A stretch of DNA of 64,000 bases from a virus. Every line of letters starts with the position of its first letter. Position 1 is the first letter of the stretch. The translations under genes and the position numbers were made by a program. Under the pieces are notes generated by a model. That model saw nothing but the letters and a program-made list of their open reading frames with translations, had not been told where the DNA came from and did no database searches. The stretch lies in the IMG/VR virus record IMGVR_UViG_3300025671_000038. One strand, written 5' to 3'. Shown piece by piece: positions 38,902 through 46,490 of the stretch.

Positions 38902-39369
38902 TCAATAATTGTTCTGCTGTCTCCTTCTATTCTCCTCGTTTTTACTCATGTACATATTGTACATCTCCTGAGAAGTCATTCCAATGGATGCAGCATAGTT
39001 CATAAAGAAATGAAGCATATCAATTATTTCAAACTTACATTCAAGCTGGTCCGATTCGGACAGATCCTTGAATCGGATCTCTGAGTAATTTTTATACGCC
39101 TGCTTCCATCTTTTCCAGATTGCATTTCCGTCACCTTGTTTAATTCCTCCCAAGGCATCAGTAGCTTCGTGGATTTCATCAATCATCGCATGATTGTTCA
39201 TATGCCAAAAATCCATCAGCTCCCTGAGGGTCATGTCCTGAAAATTGTAGCCATAAACGTTCTTCTGTGTATCTGCTTGAAGTTCAAGAATTTCACCCAG
39301 AGTGTCGGAAGATTCGGAGTACAGATCCTTGATTTCTAGTTCTGCGCATGTGTTATCGATGTTTGCCAT
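38902..39369 (-). CDS. All-alpha dUTPase/dCTPase (T4 gp56/MazG-like)
   Basis: DEIHEATDAL; WKRWK; FEIIDMLHFFMN; YMSKNEENRRRQ. Confidence 0.85.
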   Translation of the reverse strand: MANIDNTCAELEIKDLYSESSDTLGEILELQADTQKNVYGYNFQDMTLRELMDFWHMNNHAMIDEIHEATDALGGIKQGDGNAIWKRWKQAYKNYSEIRFKDLSESDQLECKFEIIDMLHFFMNYAASIGMTSQEMYNMYMSKNEENRRRQQNNY

Positions 39370-39460
39370 ATTTTTTTATTTGCTCTATTTTAAGCCCTTC
39401 CGACACCAGGTTTTTTATATATCAAGTGGGTCTTCGGAGTGCGAGTATTTTTGAGATTTT

Positions 39461-40876
39461 CTACCCTAATTTTTTCAATTGTTTCTCCATCTGGTCGATT
39501 TCGATCTGGAGTTTTAACATCCGGTCCTTAGTTGCCTTTCTTTTGGCATAAAGATCCTTAATTATGGTCTTCAGAACTGGACTTTCTGAGTCTCCTCCAA
39601 AAACGGCTTTAGACGAGGTTCTAACCCAGCCATCCTTAACTTCCGATATGTTAACCCCCTCTTTACCTTTATAGACCTCCGGAGATATTCCCCATTGTAC
39701 AATAGTGTTTGGATACAGTGAAGCGAAGTCATAACAGGCTACCCATTCGTGAAGGCCCTTTATAGGCTCCTTCACATATCCACCTATAAATTTGACGTGA
39801 CTTTCCTCTTTCCTCTCGTTTACAAAAACCTGACCTCTCTCAAGGAATTTTCGAAGCATCATTACTTCAGTTGCCCACACCGGAGAAAGAGCCCTACTGA
39901 TCTCGACCCCATTGAGATTAGCAATCTTAAAGTACGTAAGCATGGTCTTGAGCTTTACGTCGATGTAATGGACAAGAGCACAGTCAATAACATTATAGAG
40001 GATAAATTTCGGAAAATCCGATTGGTACAAATCCCTCAGAGATCCATTATACACTATCTTTTTAAGACCTGTGGCTTTCTCTGCGACATAGTCAAGTCTA
40101 TTACTTTCTTTTATCTTTATTACCCTATCCCACTTCTTGTATATTTCCAGGTAGTCGACCATCAGGAGATGCATCGGAAGGTTATTCTTACCTATCAACC
40201 AATTAGCGGGGGATATTATCTTAGGATCTATGCCCAGTCTTTTGGCCCTGTTAACCAAATAAGGCCAGTCATAACCAAACCAGTTCCAACCTGTGATCAA
40301 AGACATCTTAGGTGCTAGGTTTTTGAAAAAAGTATAGAGCATATCATATTCGCTCTCGAATTGATGATATTTAAAGCTCCATTCGTCACCCATAGGAGCT
40401 AGATATTCATTCGTCCTCTTGTGTATATCCGCTTGCTGTTCGGATGTCAGAGGATCCAAAGCCAACATGATCGCATGACATTTATCAGTAGCTATACCTA
40501 TAGAAAGAACTCTATTTTTAGCTGAAGCCGTATCCAGGGAATCCCTCATTTCATCGGTCATCTCGACCTCAATATCGACAAAGTATTTCTTGGGGGTCTG
40601 GAATGAAAAGAGAGGCTTGGTTATTTCGGGGTCAGCTTCTTCCAATATCTGAACCATCCTATATTTGTCATATTTCTGGGATTTAACCTTTCTAACCGGA
40701 AATCCATCCCAGCTAACCCAATCCTCCTCTTTTCTCCTATCAGAGGGTGAGCATTTTTCCCAGATGAACCTTTCCTTTTCGGGAACAGGTACATCAACAA
40801 AAATAAGGCTCCCATCCTCAGAAAAGGTTGAAACCTTTAAGTAAGTTCCTTTATTTTCAACATCAACTATCATCAA
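39461..40876 (-). CDS. Family B DNA polymerase, N-terminal subunit (3'-5' exonuclease plus palm motif A; gp43A-like)
   Basis: FVDIEV; TGWNWFGYDWPY; YNVIDC; motif A DFASLYPN; ends in the fingers helix KRKATK...KQLKKLG. Confidence 0.92.
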   Translation of the reverse strand: MMIVDVENKGTYLKVSTFSEDGSLIFVDVPVPEKERFIWEKCSPSDRRKEEDWVSWDGFPVRKVKSQKYDKYRMVQILEEADPEITKPLFSFQTPKKYFVDIEVEMTDEMRDSLDTASAKNRVLSIGIATDKCHAIMLALDPLTSEQQADIHKRTNEYLAPMGDEWSFKYHQFESEYDMLYTFFKNLAPKMSLITGWNWFGYDWPYLVNRAKRLGIDPKIISPANWLIGKNNLPMHLLMVDYLEIYKKWDRVIKIKESNRLDYVAEKATGLKKIVYNGSLRDLYQSDFPKFILYNVIDCALVHYIDVKLKTMLTYFKIANLNGVEISRALSPVWATEVMMLRKFLERGQVFVNERKEESHVKFIGGYVKEPIKGLHEWVACYDFASLYPNTIVQWGISPEVYKGKEGVNISEVKDGWVRTSSKAVFGGDSESPVLKTIIKDLYAKRKATKDRMLKLQIEIDQMEKQLKKLG

Positions 40877-40915
40877 ATATTAGATTTATTATCAGCCAAC
40901 CAGAATCGGTTAGAG

Positions 40916-40923
40916 GATATATA
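40916..40923 (+). promoter_or_regulatory. T4-late-like promoter GATATATA (representative of about 17 copies)
   Basis: 7 nt before the ATG at 40931; GATATATA/GATAAATA recurs upstream of many genes (see finding). Confidence 0.6.
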
Positions 40924-40930
40924 GAAGTAT

Positions 40931-41254
40931 ATGAAAGCTAACATCAAAAGTTTCGAAGATTTCCTTCTCGAATATTACGTTTCAGAAGCTCCTGGAAGCG
41001 TTGTTGTCCCAGGAGAATGGTATAAGGATAGCGTTAACTCAAGGAACTATAGGCCTGCATATACGCAAATGCCCCAGGTAGTGGACGCAATGTTTCAAAC
41101 AACCGATCTATACAACTATCTGGACACGCTATCCGAGGAGGAAGAATTCAGCAAAATTGTAAAAGAAAACAATGGAAAGCCCAAACAGATAATCAAGTAC
41201 CTTAAGAGGAGGATAAACGAGGAGTTACTTCCGCAGCAAAAAGGAGAAAAATAA
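40931..41254 (+). CDS. Hypothetical late protein with capsid-targeting-like N-terminus
   Basis: MKANIKSFEDFLLE. Confidence 0.7.
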   Translation: MKANIKSFEDFLLEYYVSEAPGSVVVPGEWYKDSVNSRNYRPAYTQMPQVVDAMFQTTDLYNYLDTLSEEEEFSKIVKENNGKPKQIIKYLKRRINEELLPQQKGEK

Positions 41255-41267
41255 GGACTGATCTAAA

Positions 41268-42101
41268 TTGGACATAATAAAACACCCGCTCGACCCCGGA
41301 GCATATTACCCGGATCCCAACTTCAAAGATTCTATTTTTATACACCACTCACGGAGTTATTATAGACCCGATTGGGTAATAGATAGCTGGGGTAGGGATA
41401 GGAAAGCATCAACGAATAAGATTCGCTCCGGTGCCTCTTATGTGATAGGGGGATTGGATCCGATCAATCGGAAAAATACACAGCATGACGGCAAAATACT
41501 AGAAGCATTCGGATCCGAGTATTGGGCACACCATCTATTTGTAAAAAACAAGAGTAACACCTTTCTAAACCAGAAAAGTATAGCTATAGAGCTATGCAAC
41601 TATGGGGAGCTTACAAGAACGGCCACCGGTGAATTCTTTACCAAGACAAGCGTAAAAATACCAGAAACCCAGGTGGAGACTTTAAAGGACCCGTTCAAGG
41701 GGGAAAGATATTTTCACGCATATAGTGAAAAACAGATTGAATCTCTTAGGTCATTAATACTATTCCTAGCTAAGAAGCACGAAATAGATATAAAGAGAGG
41801 ATTAATAAAGGAGATTGAGAGAAGCAACCTAGAACTACCGGATGGATTGTCCGTTATAGAGACTAAGAAGTGGCTAAATAAAAACGGAATAACCGACGTC
41901 AAGGGAAAAAAGCTTACCGAGAATAACTCCGATGACAGCAAATACTCACAGGCAATAGATTATCTACTTAGTAATCCATTCGATTTATCACCGCAAGCAA
42001 TGCAGGGATTCCAGGGTCTTTGGTCACATTCGAATATAAGGCCCGACATCAAAGATGCTTATCCCTCTACTATAATGTTGGAGATGCTCCGTTCCTTATA
42101 G
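41268..42101 (+). CDS. N-acetylmuramoyl-L-alanine amidase (Amidase_2; endolysin candidate)
   Basis: IFIHHS; SIAIELCN; QIESLRSLI; WSHSNIRPD. Confidence 0.8.
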   Translation: MDIIKHPLDPGAYYPDPNFKDSIFIHHSRSYYRPDWVIDSWGRDRKASTNKIRSGASYVIGGLDPINRKNTQHDGKILEAFGSEYWAHHLFVKNKSNTFLNQKSIAIELCNYGELTRTATGEFFTKTSVKIPETQVETLKDPFKGERYFHAYSEKQIESLRSLILFLAKKHEIDIKRGLIKEIERSNLELPDGLSVIETKKWLNKNGITDVKGKKLTENNSDDSKYSQAIDYLLSNPFDLSPQAMQGFQGLWSHSNIRPDIKDAYPSTIMLEMLRSL

Positions 42102-42483
42102 GATCACTTCTTCTTTCCAAATAGCCCCGGAGCTTTTTGTCAGTGGGTGATATCTCTAAATTTCCATTTACGAAAATTTCCCAGGACTCAATAGCATATT
42201 TACCTACCCCGGGGAGATCGGAGGGGTCGTCAAAACCTTCCAACCAAACTTTAGACATGTTAACTATCCTCTTAGCCTTTATGTTGTAAAATCCGGTAGG
42301 CCTTATCACATCAGCAATTAGGTCAGGATCCATTTGTGAGCAGGTAAGAGGATCTTTTATTAGATTCAAGAGATTGGGTAAAACCTTTCTAACCTGCATA
42401 TTGGTTGTTTGGTTGAGCAATATGCAGACCACTACCATTTCCCAAGGCCTATTTGGATAATCTTCCTGAATCAATCTTTCCAT
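42070..42483 (-). CDS. Minimal HhH-GPD DNA glycosylase (MBD4-like)
   Basis: VVCILLNQT; PTGFYNIKA; HhH LPGVGKYA; D in SPTDKK. Confidence 0.8.
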   Translation of the reverse strand: MERLIQEDYPNRPWEMVVVCILLNQTTNMQVRKVLPNLLNLIKDPLTCSQMDPDLIADVIRPTGFYNIKAKRIVNMSKVWLEGFDDPSDLPGVGKYAIESWEIFVNGNLEISPTDKKLRGYLERRSDPIRNGASPTL

Positions 42484-42484
42484 T

Positions 42485-42703
42485 CTAAAAATTACTTCTT
42501 CGCAATATGTTACGATATCTGTTTACCTCCTTGTCGAAGAGAGACGTTGTATCGGAATAGGAAGAATCCATAATTACAGAAAGCTTCCTTATGCACTCAT
42601 CTCTATCTAGGATCATCTTGTATTCAGGATTCTTGCTCTTTTCTTCAAGTTCTGAGGCGTGCTCTTTGGCTATCCTCTGCAACATCTCGGTTTCTCTAGA
42701 CAT
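42485..42703 (-). CDS. Hypothetical protein
   Basis: 72 aa. Confidence 0.5.
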   Translation of the reverse strand: MSRETEMLQRIAKEHASELEEKSKNPEYKMILDRDECIRKLSVIMDSSYSDTTSLFDKEVNRYRNILRRSNF

Positions 42704-42725
42704 ATAAAATTAATTCACATTTAAT

Positions 42726-42752
42726 AAAAAAGCCCGCTTGAGGGCGAGCTTT
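42726..42752 (-). terminator. Intrinsic terminator after hsp20
   Basis: AAGCTCGCC-CTCAA-GCGGGCTTTTTT. Confidence 0.7.
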
Positions 42753-42782
42753 CTATTAGAGTGGGTATGGAAAATTTCGGTC

Positions 42783-43139
42783 TTAAGAGATCTTAATCTT
42801 TCTGGGTAATGATTCCTCCCTTTTATCGAGGGATATTTCTAAAACCCCGTCATTAATAACAGCTTTGATCTTATCAGAATTTACTGAATTTGGTATTTTA
42901 AATCTCTTAATAAAATCTTGGGTCCAGTGAGAATCGTTTCCGGTTCCCTCTATAACCAAAGTGTTACCCTCAAGCTCCACACTTACATCCTTATTTTTAT
43001 ACCCAGGAACGGGTATTTCTATGGAGTAATATTTGTCCTCTTCCCTGATAAAATATTCTCTGGTGGGAACTAGGCTATTCTGATTTGACAGGATTCTTTC
43101 CATCATTTCCAGCGGTGAGTAAATGGTTGTGTTTAGCAT
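42783..43139 (-). CDS. Hsp20/alpha-crystallin small heat shock protein
   Basis: IEIPVPGYKNKDVSVE; FIKRFKIP; AVINDGVLEI. Start set at MLNTT. Confidence 0.92.
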   Translation of the reverse strand: MLNTTIYSPLEMMERILSNQNSLVPTREYFIREEDKYYSIEIPVPGYKNKDVSVELEGNTLVIEGTGNDSHWTQDFIKRFKIPNSVNSDKIKAVINDGVLEISLDKREESLPRKIKIS

Positions 43140-43197
43140 GTTTTTTTTATTTTTTTGTTTAGCAATATTCGAAAATTGTTCCAATACACAAGGACAC

Positions 43198-43228
43198 AAA
43201 AAAAGGCGACTTTGTGTCACCTTTTTTC
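43198..43228 (-). terminator. Intrinsic terminator
   Basis: GGTGAC-ACAAA-GTCGCC followed by T7. Confidence 0.6.
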
Positions 43229-43253
43229 CGAAATATATGAAATTTTGTCTCCC

Positions 43254-43745
43254 TTACTTTTTAAGTTGGAGCTTTTTCATAGCTTCAACAAAAGTCCCAA
43301 AATCTTTTACCACTCTTTCTCTCTTCTTCTTGGATTTTTTTCTTGCAGCAGGAGTTCCGACGGTTAATGTGTCGAACTTATCTCCAGACCCAACGGGTCC
43401 ATTATAAAAATCCGCGTTGGTGCCTCCGGAGCCAGGCGCTTCTACCGCTCCCATCCCAGAAACCGTATTAAGGGTAGCAAAGGATCCTCCCATGTCGCCA
43501 GCAGGTGCTCCGCCTTCCATCTCCTTCAATGAGTAGGAGTCACAGTCGCACTTCTGCAATATCTCATTTTCCATCTGCCATTTTTCTACGCAGTAATTAT
43601 TCTCATCTAGCCAAGATTTGTATGCAGATTCTACAGTTTCTGGGGAGCACCCAGATTCCATAACCGGAGTATCGTCCTCACAGCAGAGACAAACCAAGGT
43701 CCTTCCCTGTGGTGATTTTCCTGTGGGGTAATATAAATTTTCCAT
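43254..43745 (-). CDS. Hypothetical protein with Gly-rich C-terminal half
   Basis: CLCC and CDC Cys pairs; ends VKDFGTFVEAMKK. Confidence 0.65.
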   Translation of the reverse strand: MENLYYPTGKSPQGRTLVCLCCEDDTPVMESGCSPETVESAYKSWLDENNYCVEKWQMENEILQKCDCDSYSLKEMEGGAPAGDMGGSFATLNTVSGMGAVEAPGSGGTNADFYNGPVGSGDKFDTLTVGTPAARKKSKKKRERVVKDFGTFVEAMKKLQLKK

Positions 43746-43750
43746 ATTGC

Positions 43751-43984
43751 TTATGCTGTTGCTTTTATATTTTTAGAAAATATCCTTACCGTATTCTGGG
43801 ATTGGTCCTTTGTGATGTAGCCTATTATATCATTATAAGAATCATAGATAGGATCAGTAACTAATAACTTCCTATCGTGATTATCGATCACCCAGCTACC
43901 GACTAAAGAAGTGGATTCCTTCTCCGCAGCAGTTCTAGTCTTAGAAGCCGCTAAATTTTTTCTTTTGCTACAACCGCATCCCAT
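43751..43984 (-). CDS. Hypothetical protein (MGCGC start)
   Basis: 77 aa; GATAAATA at 44010-44017. Confidence 0.6.
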   Translation of the reverse strand: MGCGCSKRKNLAASKTRTAAEKESTSLVGSWVIDNHDRKLLVTDPIYDSYNDIIGYITKDQSQNTVRIFSKNIKATA

Positions 43985-44012
43985 GGTAAAATTGTTTCTA
44001 TTTCTATTCTAT

Positions 44013-44432
44013 TTATCTGTAGTTTCCTCTTAATTCCTTCCTCCTTAAATAATTGAAGAGATATCTGAGTCCCTTCTTGTATTCAGCGGAATTTCTAAAT
44101 GGAGAAGGATAGGTTCGGATTGGGTTACCTTGACCCTCAGGGGTTTCCTCACTTCCCCTTACCTCTACAGGGTTATATCTTCTAACTACCCCTGTTGGAT
44201 GTATAGTATAAAACACTTCTCCATATCCATCAATAGAAGGCTGTGATTTTCTCTGGAACTTTAGAGTATTATTTAACTCCTGCTGGTGTGAGGTAACGTC
44301 CTCAAATCCGAGATCGAGAATATCGAGATATTCAATCTCCTTACGGATTTTTTCCAGATCTATATTTCTCCTGTTATCCTCCTGATACTCTTCCCTAGGT
44401 TCGTAATCTTTGTAAGACTTAATAGGCGACAT
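44013..44432 (-). CDS. Hypothetical late protein
   Basis: MSPIKSYKDYEPRE. Confidence 0.65.
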   Translation of the reverse strand: MSPIKSYKDYEPREEYQEDNRRNIDLEKIRKEIEYLDILDLGFEDVTSHQQELNNTLKFQRKSQPSIDGYGEVFYTIHPTGVVRRYNPVEVRGSEETPEGQGNPIRTYPSPFRNSAEYKKGLRYLFNYLRRKELRGNYR

Positions 44433-44854
44433 TACTTCTTATTAGATTTTATCCAGTCCCTGTAATCCTTCAGGTTAGCGAGATTTTTGTTACCTGCTTT
44501 CTTCTTGGCGTCAGGATTCAAATAGGGAATAATTGGCTTTATCCCTTCACCGAAATTCATCATGGGTGTGAAAGAAGGCAAATCCTTGGATTTTATAACC
44601 TTAAGATTTTCCCCTACCGGTTCCCCGTCCTCCACTTTATCTGGGAGATCACTGGATTTTGTTTTTGCAAACTTTTTTAGCTCCTTGTCTGTCATAGGGG
44701 CTATAAATCTACCACCATCGTCCTTGTACCCGAAAGCTATCTTTTTAATCTCATCCCTCCATTTGGGGTTAATATCCTTAAGCTTCAGATCTCCCTGTCT
44801 TACCGCCCAGGCCTGACCCATTATAGCTTGTTGTGCTTTACTAACAGAAGGCAT
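44432..44854 (-). CDS. DUF3008-like phage protein
   Basis: MPSVSKAQQAIMGQAWAVRQG...ELKKFAKTK..DLPDKV. Confidence 0.6.
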   Translation of the reverse strand: MPSVSKAQQAIMGQAWAVRQGDLKLKDINPKWRDEIKKIAFGYKDDGGRFIAPMTDKELKKFAKTKSSDLPDKVEDGEPVGENLKVIKSKDLPSFTPMMNFGEGIKPIIPYLNPDAKKKAGNKNLANLKDYRDWIKSNKK

Positions 44855-44864
44855 TTGATATTTC

Positions 44865-45401
44865 TTATTTTATGAAGGAATCGTATGCAGTCACATACTT
44901 CATAGATTCCTCTATCTTTTTTAGCTTAGTATAATAGTCGGGATCTTCCATTAGATGATCTTTAGCAATTTCGGATGCTATAAGCTCGTCACCGGTGTGC
45001 TCCATTTCAACACTAATCCCAATTGCTAATTGGCCTTCCAGATGTGATAGCATCTTTTCTATTTCCTCTCTATCAACATGATCCTTAGAGTCATCATAGG
45101 TGTGCAGGATGGCAATGTCACGAAGATTCTTTCCCGATGAAATTCCACCCTCAATTCTTTCATCAGAATCCTCTTGAAGATATAGACCCTTCATCTTCTT
45201 TTTTATCTCGCTGGGAGACATGGGTTTAGCATTAAGCCCCCAATTTGCATTAGGATCTATGATCTTCTTCTTGCTTTTCTTCCACTCAGGATACATCCAA
45301 AGCCACCTGTTATAGCCCTTCCCTACTATCTCAAATCCCTTGTCACCGGGCTGGATGGCTATAGGAGATTGCGGTGGTATGTAACTTCCGGTATCAGCCA
45401 T
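44865..45401 (-). CDS. DUF5661-like phage protein
   Basis: GISVEMEHT...EIAKDHLMEDPDYYTKL. Confidence 0.7.
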   Translation of the reverse strand: MADTGSYIPPQSPIAIQPGDKGFEIVGKGYNRWLWMYPEWKKSKKKIIDPNANWGLNAKPMSPSEIKKKMKGLYLQEDSDERIEGGISSGKNLRDIAILHTYDDSKDHVDREEIEKMLSHLEGQLAIGISVEMEHTGDELIASEIAKDHLMEDPDYYTKLKKIEESMKYVTAYDSFIK

Positions 45402-45607
45402 TATTCTATCACTGCTTCTATTTTTGATTTTGAAATCTGAGTGGTCTCAAAAAATCCAGTTGTCCCTTCAAGGAATCCTGCTACCTTTGTTTCTACCTCC
45501 AAAACAGATTCTGCAGCAACCAGGAATTCCGATTTATGAATTACAGGGTCACCATTTCTTTTAGTTTCGGTAGACTCAAAGCTTACTTTTGCAACGTAAT
45601 ATCCCAT
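45401..45607 (-). CDS. DUF4494-like protein
   Basis: YYVAKVSFE...FLVAAESVLEVETKV...ISKSKIEAV. Confidence 0.7.
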   Translation of the reverse strand: MGYYVAKVSFESTETKRNGDPVIHKSEFLVAAESVLEVETKVAGFLEGTTGFFETTQISKSKIEAVIE

Positions 45608-45646
45608 TTTCTAATAATTTACTGTTTATATATCCATCTAATACAA

Positions 45647-45673
45647 GAAAGGCAACCTCTCTGGTTGCCTTTC
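45647..45673 (-). terminator. Intrinsic terminator
   Basis: GAAAGGCAACC-AGAGA-GGTTGCCTTTC. Confidence 0.7.
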
Positions 45674-45692
45674 AATGTTTTCTTTTGGGAAA

Positions 45693-45869
45693 TCAGGAAT
45701 TGTTCTTCATATCCTGAACATCCAGTCTAACTTGCTGTGCTAGCTTTTTAACTTCTTGCATAGCTTGTCTTACTCTAGTACCAGCTGCCTTGTTTCCTTT
45801 CTCAGTAAACTTAGCAACATCAGCTTCAGCAGATTCTAGAACTGCTTTAATTTGTTCAAATGTCTCCAT
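45693..45869 (-). CDS. Histone H1-like nucleoid protein (Hc1 family, Bacteroidetes type; not in ORF track)
   Basis: METFEQIKAVLESAEADVAKFTEKGNKAAGTRVRQAMQEVKKLAQQVRLDVQDMKNNS*. Confidence 0.85.
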   Translation of the reverse strand: METFEQIKAVLESAEADVAKFTEKGNKAAGTRVRQAMQEVKKLAQQVRLDVQDMKNNS

Positions 45870-45924
45870 TTTTTTTCTATTAAGATTTAAAATTTATACT
45901 GGTCAATGTGTTTTTGTTTCACCT

Positions 45925-46458
45925 TTATCTGCTAATTATGAAAGTTCCCTCGTGTGATCCTTCCTGTATAGACCATTCAGGACCGATGAATGATAGCAAT
46001 ATGGACTTCATGTTTTCTCCGTAATTGTCTACCTCCAGATGGTCTTGCATCTCGTCGAACATTCTAATCACCTTAGGGTTCTTTTCCAGGTAGCTTAGGA
46101 TGGCCTTAGCTATTTGCTCAAAGAACCTAGACATATCATTATCTTTCAACCTGAATTTACCCTCGCTAAGTTCGGGGATTTCAGCTTTACCCATTGCAAT
46201 ATCTTCTATTATTTCGGGTGCGATTTCATTGACATTCAAAACAGCATAGGAATTTTTAGGACCCTCCATAGTTTCGTATTGAGAGTATTTACCTATCATG
46301 AACATGATTCCTTTTTGCCCGCCATTTTCTAATTCCAGCTGGAAAAAGTAGTAGAAGAGATCTCCATCTCTCTTTTGCAAGAACGGCAATGTTCCAAAAC
46401 CGTCACCTTCATTTAGAGATCCCACGAAATCCTTAAAGTTCCTTATTCTTTTTTCCAC
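45925..46458 (-). CDS. Hypothetical late protein with capsid-targeting-like N-terminus
   Basis: MEKRIRNFKDFVGSLNE; GATATATA at 46478-46485. Confidence 0.7.
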   Translation of the reverse strand: MEKRIRNFKDFVGSLNEGDGFGTLPFLQKRDGDLFYYFFQLELENGGQKGIMFMIGKYSQYETMEGPKNSYAVLNVNEIAPEIIEDIAMGKAEIPELSEGKFRLKDNDMSRFFEQIAKAILSYLEKNPKVIRMFDEMQDHLEVDNYGENMKSILLSFIGPEWSIQEGSHEGTFIISR

Positions 46459-46490
46459 TTTATTAAGCTTATTTTTTTATATATCCAACT

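Noticed and set aside
37990-40318. Long antisense ORFs (37990-38499, 39749-40318; likewise 7603-8010 and 49750-50184)
   Set aside because: Shadow frames of well-supported genes, with no recognisable motifs.
43190-43230. Heat-shock operator upstream of hsp20
   Set aside because: The inverted repeat plus T7 tract is explained more simply as the terminator of the upstream gene.
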